The translations under genes were made by a program, and so were the position numbers. This document shows, one piece after another, positions 27,696 to 37,355 of a DNA stretch of 64,000 nt (its first letter is position 1; every line of letters starts with the position of its first letter). Source of the DNA: Acidimicrobiales bacterium (GTDB lineage: Bacteria; Actinomycetota; Acidimicrobiia; Acidimicrobiales; Bog-793); assembly GCA_050015175.1 (NCBI GenBank), contig JBEKBX010000002.1:118614-182613 (forward strand), read 5' to 3'. The notes beneath the pieces were generated by a model that did not search any database, had not been told where the DNA came from, and saw only the letters and a list, made by a program, of their open reading frames with translations.

Positions 27696-29761
27696 CCGGC
27701 TGTCTGGTCGGCGACCTCCGTTTGCGAGCTTCTCAGTTCGCCGATGGGGATGTGGCAACGCATCATGTGACCCGGCTCGACCTCGACGAGCGCGGGCTCG
27801 GTGGACTCGCACAACCCGTTCGCGAGGCGTCGCGGACAGCGCGTGTGGAACACGCACCCCGACGGCGAGTGCGCGGCGCTCGGGATCTCGCCCGTGAGCC
27901 GGATCCGCTCGCGGGACGTCCCGTCCAGGCTCGGCACCGCCGAGAGCAACGACTCGGTGTAAGGGTGATGGGGACCAGAGAAGACCGTCTCCGCCGACCC
28001 GTACTCCATCACGCGGCCCAGATAGAGCACCGCGATGCTGTCAGAGAGGTAGCGCACGACACCAAGATCGTGCGAGATGAAGACATAGGTGACTCGCTCA
28101 CGGCTTTGCAGGTCGGCGAGGAGATTGAGGATTGCCGCTTGCACAGAGACGTCGAGCGCCGAGGTCGGCTCGTCGCACACGAGGACCCGCGGAGACCCCG
28201 CGAAAGCGCGGGCGATGGCGACCCGTTGCTTGAGCCCCCCGGAGAGCTGGTAGGGGCGCAAGGGCAGGTGGCGCTCCTCCATGCGCACGGAGCGGACGAT
28301 CTCGAGAAGTCGTTGCTCGCACGCTTGGCCGGAGAGCCCGGCCAGCTTCTTGAGCGCCCTCGTGACGATGTGGCGCACGCTGTGGCGTCGGTTCAGCGCG
28401 GAGTCCGGGTTCTGGAAGATGATCTGCATCGCCTGCAACTGCTTGCGGTCGCGCTTGGTGCACTCGGGAGCGAGCGGCGAGCCTTCCAACTGGATGACGG
28501 ATCCCTCGTCGGGCACGCTCAGGCCGAGCAGCACGCGCGCGAGCGTCGTCTTGCCGGACCCCGACTCGCCGACGAGCCCGAGGGTCTCGCCTGGCTTGAG
28601 GTCGAGGTCGACACCCACGACGGCACGCACGTGCTCGCCGCGGACGTGGAACGTCTTCGACACGCCGCGCAAGCGGATCACCGGCTCTTCGCCCGGGTCG
28701 GGGATCTGCAGCTTGACGTCCTCCGGGGTTGCCCTGGGCAGCTCGGGCGCTCGTTCGTGGTAGTGACAGCGAGAGGTGCGTCCTGCGGCCACGTCGTACA
28801 TCGGCGGCGTCTCCTCGAGGCAACGCTGGTCCGCGATCGCACAACGCTTGGCGAAGATGCAGCCGACCTGGATCTCGCCCGGCCCGGGAAGGAAGCCCGG
28901 GATGGTGTCGAGGCGGCCGTGGTCCTTGCGCTGGCCGCGACGAGGCACGCAGCGCAGCAGCCCTACGGTGTAGGGGTGCCTGGGGTCGTCGAAGACCTCC
29001 CGTGCAGGACCCTGTTCTACGATCTCACCGGCGTACATGACCCCGACCCGGTCGCACATCTTCGCGATCACCGCGAGGTTGTGGCTGATGAAGAGCACTG
29101 AGGTCTGGAACTGTTGGCGCAGCGACGACACGAGGTCGAGGACCTCGGCCTCCACCGTGGCGTCGAGCGCGGTCGTGGGCTCGTCGAGTATGAGCAGCGA
29201 GGGCTCGGAGGCGAGCGCCATGGCGATCATGACTCGTTGCAGCATCCCGCCCGACAGCTGATGCGGGTAGGAGCGCAACACGCGCCCAGGATCCGCGATC
29301 TGCACGACGCGCAGCAGCTCCTCGGCGCGCGCCAAGGCTTCGGGCCTCCTTGTTCCGGCGATCTCGTACACCTCGGCCACCTGACGTCCCACCCGGAGCG
29401 ACGGGTTGAGGGCACGGCCGGGCTCTTGGTACACCATCGAGATCGTGCGAGCGCGGAACTTGCGCAGGGCGCGTTTGTCCATCTCGGAGGGGTCCTGCCC
29501 GTTGACCACGACCGTGCCCCCGCTGAGTCGACCGTTGCGCGGCAGGTAACGAGTGATGGCGAGGGCGGTGGTGGACTTGCCGCAGCCCGACTCGCCGACG
29601 AGCCCGAACGACTCCTGCCGTCCGATGCTGAACGAGACGTCGCGGAGAGCCAGTCGATCCTTGCCCCGCACTCGGTAGGCCACGTCGAGGTGGCTCACCT
29701 CGAGGGTCATGGGTGGTCTCTCCACCGTGGCGGCCTGGTCGGACGACGTTGTAAGGGTCAT
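27677..29761 (-). CDS. ABC transporter ATP-binding protein, fused double NBD (DppD-DppF type)
   Basis: Two Walker A sites ([18 protein letters not shown]) and two signatures ([16 protein letters not shown]). The ATG at 29761 overlaps the permease stop (ATGA); the ATG at 29710 is an alternative start. Confidence 0.9.
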   Translation of the reverse strand: MTLTTSSDQAATVERPPMTLEVSHLDVAYRVRGKDRLALRDVSFSIGRQESFGLVGESGCGKSTTALAITRYLPRNGRLSGGTVVVNGQDPSEMDKRALRKFRARTISMVYQEPGRALNPSLRVGRQVAEVYEIAGTRRPEALARAEELLRVVQIADPGRVLRSYPHQLSGGMLQRVMIAMALASEPSLLILDEPTTALDATVEAEVLDLVSSLRQQFQTSVLFISHNLAVIAKMCDRVGVMYAGEIVEQGPAREVFDDPRHPYTVGLLRCVPRRGQRKDHGRLDTIPGFLPGPGEIQVGCIFAKRCAIADQRCLEETPPMYDVAAGRTSRCHYHERAPELPRATPEDVKLQIPDPGEEPVIRLRGVSKTFHVRGEHVRAVVGVDLDLKPGETLGLVGESGSGKTTLARVLLGLSVPDEGSVIQLEGSPLAPECTKRDRKQLQAMQIIFQNPDSALNRRHSVRHIVTRALKKLAGLSGQACEQRLLEIVRSVRMEERHLPLRPYQLSGGLKQRVAIARAFAGSPRVLVCDEPTSALDVSVQAAILNLLADLQSRERVTYVFISHDLGVVRYLSDSIAVLYLGRVMEYGSAETVFSGPHHPYTESLLSAVPSLDGTSRERIRLTGEIPSAAHSPSGCVFHTRCPRRLANGLCESTEPALVEVEPGHMMRCHIPIGELRSSQTEVADQTAGQPKIS

Positions 29762-30690
29762 TGGATCAGCACCGTCTCGATCGCGTCGCCGATGAGGTTT
29801 ATCGCGATGATGAGCGAAGCGATCGCGAGCGCCGGGAAGAGCGTCTCCCACCAGTAGCCGGCGGCGAGGTAATTGGAGTTGACGGCGATGTCGGCGCCCC
29901 AGTCCGGCGTGGGCAGCTGCACGCCGAAGCCGAGGAACGACAGCGTTGCGATCGTGAAGATGGCGTAGCCCAACCGGACGGTGAACTCAACGAGTATCGG
30001 GCCGAGCACGTTCGGGAGGATCTCGACGTACATGACGTGCAGGACGCTCTCGTCGCGTAACCGGGCCGCCGCGAGGTAGTCGAGCTCACGCTCCTGCAGG
30101 ACTGCGGTACGCACCGTCCTCGCGATGATCAGGGAGAAGACGAAGCCGATGACGACGATCAGAGTGAGCGTGCTGGGGCCGACTGCGACGACGAAGAGAA
30201 AGGCCACGATGACGATCGGAAGCGAAAGCGCCGCGTCCACGATCCTGCCGACGATCATGTCGAAGGCACCACGGAGGTAGCCCTGTGCAAGGCCGATCGT
30301 CGTTCCGACAACCGTGCCCAAGAGCGTGGCGAGAGGGGCGATCTCGAGGATGTCGCGGGCGCCGACGATCACACGGGACAACACGTCCTCGCCGACGTCG
30401 TTCGTCCCGAACCAGTGGGCGGCCGACGGCGCGAGCTGGGTGCTCAGAATGTTCGCCCCCGTCGCGTTGTAGGGAGCGAACGAGGGCCCGAAGATGGCGC
30501 AGACGATCCACCAGAGGAGGATGAGCGCGCCGATGATGAACGTCTTTGAGCGGACGAGCTGGTGAAGCTGCTCGCGGCGGACCTGCACGACGGACACATC
30601 GAGTGCGCCTGCGGCGCCGGCGGACGCGTCGGCCAGGGTTGCAGCCCCTCCGGCCACGGTAGGCGCGAGTGGGTCGATGGCCGCCGTCAT
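29758..30690 (-). CDS. ABC transporter permease (DppC-like)
   Basis: Track ORF trimmed to the ATG at 30690 (310 aa). It is polytopic with a BPD_transp_1-type layout. ATGA overlaps at both ends. Confidence 0.9.
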   Translation of the reverse strand: MTAAIDPLAPTVAGGAATLADASAGAAGALDVSVVQVRREQLHQLVRSKTFIIGALILLWWIVCAIFGPSFAPYNATGANILSTQLAPSAAHWFGTNDVGEDVLSRVIVGARDILEIAPLATLLGTVVGTTIGLAQGYLRGAFDMIVGRIVDAALSLPIVIVAFLFVVAVGPSTLTLIVVIGFVFSLIIARTVRTAVLQERELDYLAAARLRDESVLHVMYVEILPNVLGPILVEFTVRLGYAIFTIATLSFLGFGVQLPTPDWGADIAVNSNYLAAGYWWETLFPALAIASLIIAINLIGDAIETVLIQ

Positions 30691-31640
30691 TCCGCGTTCC
30701 CCAGCCTGATCCGCGGGTTCAACACCGTGTAGAGGATGTCGGCGATGAGCGTCGCGGCGAGGTAGACGATGCCGATGAAGAGAACTCCCGCTTCGAGAGT
30801 CGGGAAGTCCTTGTCGTTGGCGGCGTTGATGATCAAGGTGCCGATACCCGGGTAGACGAAGAGCTTCTCGACCACGACGAGCCCGCCGATGAGGTAACCG
30901 GTCTGTGTAGCGATGACCGTGATGGTTGGAAGCAACGAGTTGCGAAGCACGTGCCGCCGGATCACCACCCATCGGGGCAGCCCCTTCAAGGTGGCTGTGC
31001 GGACGTAATCGGAGTCGAGCGCCTCGATCGTGCCGGCCCGGGCCATTCGGGCTATGTAGCCGAAGAGGATGAACACGAGCGGGATGGCAGGCAGGATCAG
31101 GTACTTCAGCTGGACGAAGAACGACGAGCCGGGTGGAGCGTTGGCCGAGACCGGCAACAGCTTGAAGCCGAGGGCGAACACGACGATCAGAACGACGCCG
31201 GAGACGAACTCGGGCACCGTCGAGAGAGAGAGGCTCGTCGTGCTGATCAGACGGTCCACGAAGCTCCCTCGGTTGAGCGCCGCGATGATCCCGCCGAGGA
31301 TGCTGAGGGGTACGACTATGACGAAGGCGAAGGCCGCGAGCTTGAGGGAGCGACCGATGTACGGGAAGATGAAGGAGCTGACCGGTGCCTGTTGCTGGTA
31401 GGAGGTCCCGAGGTTGCCGTGCAGGATACCGGTGGCCCAGCTCCAGTACTGAACGAGGAGCGGCCGGTCGACTCCGAGCTTGTGGTCGAGCGTGATCACA
31501 GCCTGTTGCGAGGCGAAGGGTCCGAGGATGGCTCTGCCTGCGTTACCGGGGAGCACCTGACCGGCGAAGAAGATGATCATGCTCAAGAGCACGAGCGTGA
31601 TCAACGCCAAGCCGACACGCTTCAACACGTACAGCGGCAA
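30687..31640 (-). CDS. ABC transporter permease (DppB-like)
   Basis: 317 aa with a TTG start behind GGGAGGAGGG. The N-terminus MPLYVLKRVGLALITLVLLSMIIF is typical of DppB/OppB. Confidence 0.9.
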   Translation of the reverse strand: MPLYVLKRVGLALITLVLLSMIIFFAGQVLPGNAGRAILGPFASQQAVITLDHKLGVDRPLLVQYWSWATGILHGNLGTSYQQQAPVSSFIFPYIGRSLKLAAFAFVIVVPLSILGGIIAALNRGSFVDRLISTTSLSLSTVPEFVSGVVLIVVFALGFKLLPVSANAPPGSSFFVQLKYLILPAIPLVFILFGYIARMARAGTIEALDSDYVRTATLKGLPRWVVIRRHVLRNSLLPTITVIATQTGYLIGGLVVVEKLFVYPGIGTLIINAANDKDFPTLEAGVLFIGIVYLAATLIADILYTVLNPRIRLGNAE

Positions 31641-31702
31641 CTGTGCCCTCCTCCCGTATCACATCCCGGCCTGGGCCAACACGGTCAAGTCGAGACTGGA
31701 GG

Positions 31703-31717
31703 TTAACCGGAGGTTAA
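31703..31717. promoter_or_regulatory. TTAAC-N5-GTTAA palindrome (T-N11-A type) embedded in the direct repeat GGAGGTTAA-CC-GGAGGTTAA
   Basis: Perfect 5-bp inverted arms in an otherwise GC-rich divergent intergenic region (31641-31980). A third GGTTAAC lies at 31860-31866. Confidence 0.3.
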
Positions 31718-31980
31718 TCAGAGCCAGAAGCTAGCAGGGCAACCGTCTATTCGCCTTTCGCGTAGGGTTCAGCGCTTGTTGCCCGGTTTCGGGCGGCACG
31801 GATCGAAGGACAGGCCTGCGAATCCGAGGAGCCGAGTCTTGGGCGGCGAAGGCCTCGACGGTTAACATGGCGAGCCATGCGCGCGGCCCGACGTCGACAC
31901 GATGCCCGCGCTCACGCCAACCCCGGCGGCAGCTCAAGCACGCGTCGCCGAGAACGGCGGTCACCTCGGTTGGCCACGAG

Positions 31981-33354
31981 ATGCCCGCAGTAGACCTCTC
32001 CATCCTCGGGCGGGTCGTCAACGGCGTCAGCGCGCCGGTTCGCGGCGAGATCCGCGTTGCCGGGGGTCGCATCGTCGAGGTGCGCGAAGGCGAGCCTGCT
32101 TCCCTGTCGGCCACAAGGCTGATCGACGTCGGAACTGCCTATCTGCTCCCCGGCGGGATCGACTGCCACGTCCATTCGGGCAGCACCACGGCCGAGGGGA
32201 TCCGGGCTCTCACCGCGGCGGCGGCGGCCGGCGGCGTGACCACCGTGATCGACATGCCCTACGACGTGGCAGCACCGGTCGTGAGCCCGGAGATATTGGC
32301 CGCCAAACGCGCCAAGGTCCTGGCTGAAGCGCTTGTCGACGTGGCCCTCTTGGGCACGGTGCGCCCCGGGACCGGTGGCGTCGACGTCGGTCCGCTCGTC
32401 GAGGCCGGCGCGGTGGGCTTCAAACTCTCGCTGTTCGGCACTGACCCCCACCGGTTCCCGCGCATTCCAGACGACCAGTTCCTCGAAGTCCTCGCCGCGA
32501 TCCACGAGCACGGCAGCGTCGCGTGCGTGCACGCCGAGAACGAGGAGATAATCAAGCCCCTTCTGGCACGTGCCCGTGAATCGGGCGATGCCTCCCCGAT
32601 TGACCACTGCCGCTCGCGCCCGCCGGTGAGCGAGACCCAGGCGGTGCTGACGGCGCTCGAGTACGCCAGGGAGACAAAGGCTCCTCTCCACTTGTGCCAC
32701 CTGAGCCTCGCCCGCTCGGTGGACCTCGCCCGTTCGTATGCCGCAGAGGGCCTGCGGGTGAGCACGGAGACGTGCCCGCACTACCTGTGCTTCTCCGAGG
32801 ACGACATGGAGCGCCAACGTGGTCGCCTGAAGATAAACCCGCCCTTGCGCCCGGCCACCGAGGTGGCCCGGCTCTGGGAGCGTCTGTCGGGAGGGGGGAT
32901 CGACGTGGTTGCCTCGGACCATGCGCCCTGGCCACTGTCGGAAAAGACGCGACCGGCGATCTTCGACAATCACTCCGGGGCCCCGGGCACCGAGACACTT
33001 GTCACGGTGCTGGCTGCCGGGCTCCTCGACCGGGGCCAGGACCTCAACACGCTCCCGCACCTCGTTGCAGCGGCGCCCGCGCGTATCTTCGGGATCTCGC
33101 ACGTGAAAGGCTCTCTCATGCCCGGCATGGACGCCGACATCATGGCCTTCGACCCGGGCAGGCCATTCACCCTCGATGAGCGCCAACTGCACTCGAACGC
33201 GGGCTGGAGCCCTTATCACGGGATGGCTTTTCCCGGGCGGGTCATCCTAACGGTCTCGCGTGGAGAGGTGGTCTGGGACGGGTCGCAGCTCCACGGATCG
33301 CCGGGTCGCGGCCGTGTCGTGGAGCGTCCCCGGGGGGCACCACAAGGTGGCTGA
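31981..33354 (+). CDS. Cyclic amidohydrolase (hydantoinase/allantoinase/dihydroorotase family); candidate hydantoin-5-propionate hydrolase
   Basis: Trimmed to the ATG at 31981 (457 aa). It has LLPGGIDCHVH, GFKLSLFG, VHAENEE and VASDHAPW. Confidence 0.85.
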   Translation: MPAVDLSILGRVVNGVSAPVRGEIRVAGGRIVEVREGEPASLSATRLIDVGTAYLLPGGIDCHVHSGSTTAEGIRALTAAAAAGGVTTVIDMPYDVAAPVVSPEILAAKRAKVLAEALVDVALLGTVRPGTGGVDVGPLVEAGAVGFKLSLFGTDPHRFPRIPDDQFLEVLAAIHEHGSVACVHAENEEIIKPLLARARESGDASPIDHCRSRPPVSETQAVLTALEYARETKAPLHLCHLSLARSVDLARSYAAEGLRVSTETCPHYLCFSEDDMERQRGRLKINPPLRPATEVARLWERLSGGGIDVVASDHAPWPLSEKTRPAIFDNHSGAPGTETLVTVLAAGLLDRGQDLNTLPHLVAAAPARIFGISHVKGSLMPGMDADIMAFDPGRPFTLDERQLHSNAGWSPYHGMAFPGRVILTVSRGEVVWDGSQLHGSPGRGRVVERPRGAPQGG

Positions 33355-35005
33355 TCCGGACAGGCCCGCCGAGGTCACAGCTCAGCGCGGCCCTCTGCTC
33401 CGCTGCCGGGGGTGGCGCCAGGAGGGGCTTCTCCGGATGCTCGAGAACGTGCTGGAGATCGGCGAGCGTCCCGAAGACCTGGTCGTCTACGCGGCGCGTG
33501 GCAAGGCAGCCCGGGACTGGGAGTCGTACTCGAGGATCGTTCTGTCGCTCAAACGCCTCGGCGAGGACGAGACGCTCGTGGTGCAGTCCGGAAAGCCAGT
33601 CGCCGTCTTCCCCAGTTCGCCTGACGCCCCTCTCGTCGTGATGGCCTGCGGCAACGTGGTCGGCCACTACGCGACCGCGGAGTACTTCGACGAGTTGTGC
33701 GACCGCGGCCTCATCATGTGGGGCGGCCTGACTGCCGGAGACTGGCAGTACATCGGTTTCCAGGGCGTTCTCCAGGGCGTCTACGAACTCCTGCAGGCAG
33801 TTGCGAGGGACCATTTCGGCGGTTCGCTCGCCGGGAGGTTCGTCCTCACGGCCGGCCTCGGTGGCATGGGATCGGCGCAACCTCTCGCCATCTCGTTGGC
33901 GGGGGGCACTGGCATCGTGGTCGAGGTCGACCCGGACAAGTGCGCCCGCGCCCAGGCCCGCGGTCACCTCGCGTCGGTGACCGACGATGTGGAAGAGGCG
34001 CTCGCGTTTGCCGGCGACAGGGATGCGGGCAGGGTCATCGGACTCGTCGGCAACGCGGCGTCCGTCTACGAGGAGCTTTGCGACAGCGGCGTCGTGCCCG
34101 ACGTCGTCACCGACCTCACGGCCGCGCACGACGCGGTCTTCGGTTACTGCCCGGTCGACTACTCGCTCGAGGAGTGGAAAGCCGTTCGCGAGCTGGACCC
34201 GGCAGCCGTCGCAGACAGGGCGCGTCGTTCCATGGCCCTCCAGGTCCGGGCGATGCTGAAACTGAAGGCGCGCGGTGCCGTCGTTTTCGAGGACGGCAAC
34301 AACCTGCGCGTGCAGGCCGCCGCCGCCGGAGTCAGTGAAGCCTTCGAGATCGACGGGTTCGCGGAGAGGTACCTGAGGCCGCTGTTCTGCCGGGGAATCG
34401 GGCCGTTCCGCTGGTTGGCCCTGAGCGGTGAGCCCTCCGACCTCGCCGAGCTCGACAGCCTCGTGTGCGAGATGTCCTTCCGTCCCGAGGTGGAGTCCTG
34501 GATCTCACTCGCCCGGGAACACGTGGCGATGCAGGGACTGCCGGCACGGAGCTGCTGGCTCGGCCACGGGGAGCGTTCCAGGTTCGCCGTGGCCGTGAAC
34601 GGGCTTGTCCGGGACGGGCGGCTCGGCGGGCCGGTCGCCTTCACCCGGGACCACTTCGACTCGGGCGGGATGACCCATCCGCACATCGGGACCGAGGCGA
34701 TGGCGGACGGGTCGGATGCCATCTCCGACTGGCCGATACTCGACGCCCTCTTGTTAGCGGCCTCGGGCGCCGATCTCGTCGCAGTACACGCCGGAGGTGC
34801 AGGTTACGCGGGCTACATACAGTCGGCTGGCGTCACGATCGTCGCCGACGGCAGCGCGGGGGCGGGCGAGCGCCTCCGTCGCGGGCTCGACGCCGACAGC
34901 GGGCTCGGCGTTTTGCGCTATGCGGACGCCGGGTACGCCGATGCAGTGTCTGTGGCCGGCAGCGCCGGCCTCGGGCTCGGCCTTGAGCGGGAGGAGAAGA
35001 GATGA
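33347..35005 (+). CDS. Divergent urocanase-family hydratase; candidate thiourocanate hydratase
   Basis: GTG 33347 overlaps the upstream stop (GTGGCTGA). It is collinear with HutU (VQSGKPVAVF, GLGGMGSAQP, PLFCRGIGPFRW, GLPARSCWLG). It is altered at several blocks that are conserved in the canonical copy at 49264. Confidence 0.85.
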   Translation: MADPDRPAEVTAQRGPLLRCRGWRQEGLLRMLENVLEIGERPEDLVVYAARGKAARDWESYSRIVLSLKRLGEDETLVVQSGKPVAVFPSSPDAPLVVMACGNVVGHYATAEYFDELCDRGLIMWGGLTAGDWQYIGFQGVLQGVYELLQAVARDHFGGSLAGRFVLTAGLGGMGSAQPLAISLAGGTGIVVEVDPDKCARAQARGHLASVTDDVEEALAFAGDRDAGRVIGLVGNAASVYEELCDSGVVPDVVTDLTAAHDAVFGYCPVDYSLEEWKAVRELDPAAVADRARRSMALQVRAMLKLKARGAVVFEDGNNLRVQAAAAGVSEAFEIDGFAERYLRPLFCRGIGPFRWLALSGEPSDLAELDSLVCEMSFRPEVESWISLAREHVAMQGLPARSCWLGHGERSRFAVAVNGLVRDGRLGGPVAFTRDHFDSGGMTHPHIGTEAMADGSDAISDWPILDALLLAASGADLVAVHAGGAGYAGYIQSAGVTIVADGSAGAGERLRRGLDADSGLGVLRYADAGYADAVSVAGSAGLGLGLEREEKR

Positions 35006-36087
35006 CACGAGAGCTGACCGGAGACGACGCCCTCAACGCCGTGTGGGGCGGGTCGCTGCTGGCTTGCGGCGGAGGAGGATGGGTCGACCACGGCATGATG
35101 ATGGGCGAGCTCGCCACGCGGGTCGGCCGCCCTGTCCTCTGCTCGCCCGATGAGATAGCCGACTCTGATCTCGTCGTCACGGTCACCGCCATTGGCGCGC
35201 CGGCGTCGCCGAGCAGAGAGATCCGCCCGCTCGACTACGTGCGGGCGCTGCAGCTGGTGGCAGGTGAGACGGACCGCCCGGTCGTGGCAGTGATGACGGC
35301 CCAGAACGGCTCGTCGACAACGCTGAACGGCTGGATCCAGTCCGCCGTCCTCGGCGTGCGGGTGCTTGACGCCGCGGGAGACGTACGGGCGCATCCGACC
35401 GGCAAGCTCGGCGCGATGGGCCTTACCACCCGAGCCGGCTACGAGACCGTGCAGGCAGTCGCCGGCGGGAACCGTGAACTGAGCGGCGGCCTCGAGGTGG
35501 TCGTTCGTGGCCAGGTGATTGCGACCTCCGACGTCTTGCGCGATGTGTGCGTGCGCGCCGGCGGCTTCATCGCCGCGGCCCGTCATCCCGTGGAGGCGTC
35601 CTACGTGAAGCAACATGCCGCCCTCGGCGCCATCAGCTACGCCTTGTCGCTCGGGTCGGCCATGCGTGCCGCGCCTGACGCCGCGGCCGTCATCGACGCG
35701 GCGATCGCCGCGACCGGCGGAAGGGTCGTCGCAAGCGGTCCCGTCCGCGAGGTCGACCCGCTCCGGACCGCGGGCGGCTTCGACCACGGTTCGTTGTCGA
35801 TCGGCGGGTACGTCGTGCGATACCTGAACGAGTACATGACCGTGGACCTCGAGGGCTTGCGCGTCGCCACCTACCCCGACGTCATCGCCACCTTGTCGCT
35901 CGAGGACGGGCGGCCGATCTCAATTGCCGAGATGACCGAGGGCCGCGAGGCGGCGCTGTTCGTCGTTGACCAGTCCCTGTTGCCGCTCTCCTCCAGCACA
36001 CGCGACCGGTTCGCGCTCGAGGAGGTCGAGAAGATCATGGGTATCTCGCTGATCGGGCACGGGGTGCCCGCGACTCGGCCGTCGTGA
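35002..36087 (+). CDS. DUF917-family protein; candidate thiohydantoin desulfurase
   Basis: 361 aa with ATGA overlap to the upstream gene. N-terminal LNAVWGGSLLACGGGGW plus a two-domain DUF917-like layout. The family call is from memory. Confidence 0.75.
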   Translation: MTRELTGDDALNAVWGGSLLACGGGGWVDHGMMMGELATRVGRPVLCSPDEIADSDLVVTVTAIGAPASPSREIRPLDYVRALQLVAGETDRPVVAVMTAQNGSSTTLNGWIQSAVLGVRVLDAAGDVRAHPTGKLGAMGLTTRAGYETVQAVAGGNRELSGGLEVVVRGQVIATSDVLRDVCVRAGGFIAAARHPVEASYVKQHAALGAISYALSLGSAMRAAPDAAAVIDAAIAATGGRVVASGPVREVDPLRTAGGFDHGSLSIGGYVVRYLNEYMTVDLEGLRVATYPDVIATLSLEDGRPISIAEMTEGREAALFVVDQSLLPLSSSTRDRFALEEVEKIMGISLIGHGVPATRPS

Positions 36088-37355
36088 GCCGACTGCCGTC
36101 GCCTCACCTCGGGCGAGTCTCGGACGACTTCGAGACCCTCGCATCATACCGGGACCCGGAGGCCCCGGGCTGGACGCGTCGTGTCTTCTCCGGCTTCGAC
36201 AGTGCCGGGAGAGCCTGGGTCGCCGGGAGGATGGAGGAGGCGGGCCTGACAGTCGAGACCGACGCGGCGGCCAACCTCATCGGGAGATTGCCCGGCACCG
36301 CTTCGTTGCCCGGCGCGATCGTGACCGGTTCGCACACCGACACCGTGCACGGAGGGGGCCGTTTCGACGGCATCGTCGGGGTGCTCGGCGCCCTCGAGGC
36401 GGTCCGCTGCCTGCGCGAGGCACGGACCGAGCTCGAGCACGACCTCATCGTGGTCGACTTTCTCGGTGAGGAGCCGAACGACTTCGGCTTGAGCTGCGTG
36501 GGAAGCCGCGCGATATCCGGCGCGCTCGACGAGGGTCACCTCGCTCTTGTGGGCCCGGAGGGGCTCAGTCTCGCCGAGGCGCTCGCGGCCTGCGGCGGGC
36601 GACCGTCCGCGCTCGAAGGCGCGCGCTGGCCGAACGGCCTGCACTGCTACGTCGAGCTGCACATAGAGCAGGGCCCGGTGCTCGAAGCCGCACGGGGCCC
36701 GATAGGAGTGGTGACAGGCATCGTCGGCATCCACCGGCTCCTTGCGAGCATCGTCGGGCAGCCGGATCATGCCGGCACAACCCCGATGAGCCTCCGCCGG
36801 GATGCGCTCCTGGGAGCGGCAGAGGCTGCGCTCGCCATAGAGAGGCTCGCCGAGGGAGGTGTGGCGACGACGGGCCGTCTCGAGATCCGGCCCGGCGCCC
36901 ACAACGTGGTACCCGGAGAGGCCGACCTGTGGGCCGAGGCGCGAAGTGCCGACGAGGAATGGCTGGACGACTTCGGGCGCAGGGTCACCGAAGAGATCAG
37001 TGCCATCGGCGCCCGGCGGCACCTCGGCACGACCCTCAGCTGGATCTCGCGCGAGCGTCCAGTGACGGTCACGGACTGGGTGGCGGCCGCCATCGGGGAG
37101 GCGGCACGGTCTTTCGGGATCGAGCCCCTCAACATTCCGAGCGGCGCCGGTCACGACGCGTCCCACATGGCGCGTCTTGGTCCGATGGGCATGGTTTTCG
37201 TGCCGTCCCGGGCCGGGCGGAGCCACTGCCCGGAGGAGTGGACGGACCTGGAGGATATCGGTCGTGGCATCGCCGTCCTAGCGGAGACGTTGGTAATTTG
37301 TGATCACCGAGAGGAGGCGCGCCAGGGGAGGCGGCGCCGCGGGTCAGATGACTGA
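36084..37355 (+). CDS. M20-family N-carbamoyl-L-amino-acid / allantoate amidohydrolase
   Basis: 423 aa with GTGA overlap to the upstream gene. It has TGSHTDTVHGGGRFDGIVGV, ELHIEQGPVLE, PDHAGTTPM and SGAGHDA. Confidence 0.85.
   Translation: MSRLPSPHLGRVSDDFETLASYRDPEAPGWTRRVFSGFDSAGRAWVAGRMEEAGLTVETDAAANLIGRLPGTASLPGAIVTGSHTDTVHGGGRFDGIVGVLGALEAVRCLREARTELEHDLIVVDFLGEEPNDFGLSCVGSRAISGALDEGHLALVGPEGLSLAEALAACGGRPSALEGARWPNGLHCYVELHIEQGPVLEAARGPIGVVTGIVGIHRLLASIVGQPDHAGTTPMSLRRDALLGAAEAALAIERLAEGGVATTGRLEIRPGAHNVVPGEADLWAEARSADEEWLDDFGRRVTEEISAIGARRHLGTTLSWISRERPVTVTDWVAAAIGEAARSFGIEPLNIPSGAGHDASHMARLGPMGMVFVPSRAGRSHCPEEWTDLEDIGRGIAVLAETLVICDHREEARQGRRRRGSDD

Noticed and set aside
27722-33219. 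Long antisense ORFs 27722..29101 (+, 459 aa) and 31912..33219 (-, 435 aa). Similar antisense frames occur at 55345..56478 and 62435..63583.
   Set aside because: Each lies opposite a gene with strong ABC, amidohydrolase or SBP motifs, and none shows family-like sequence.
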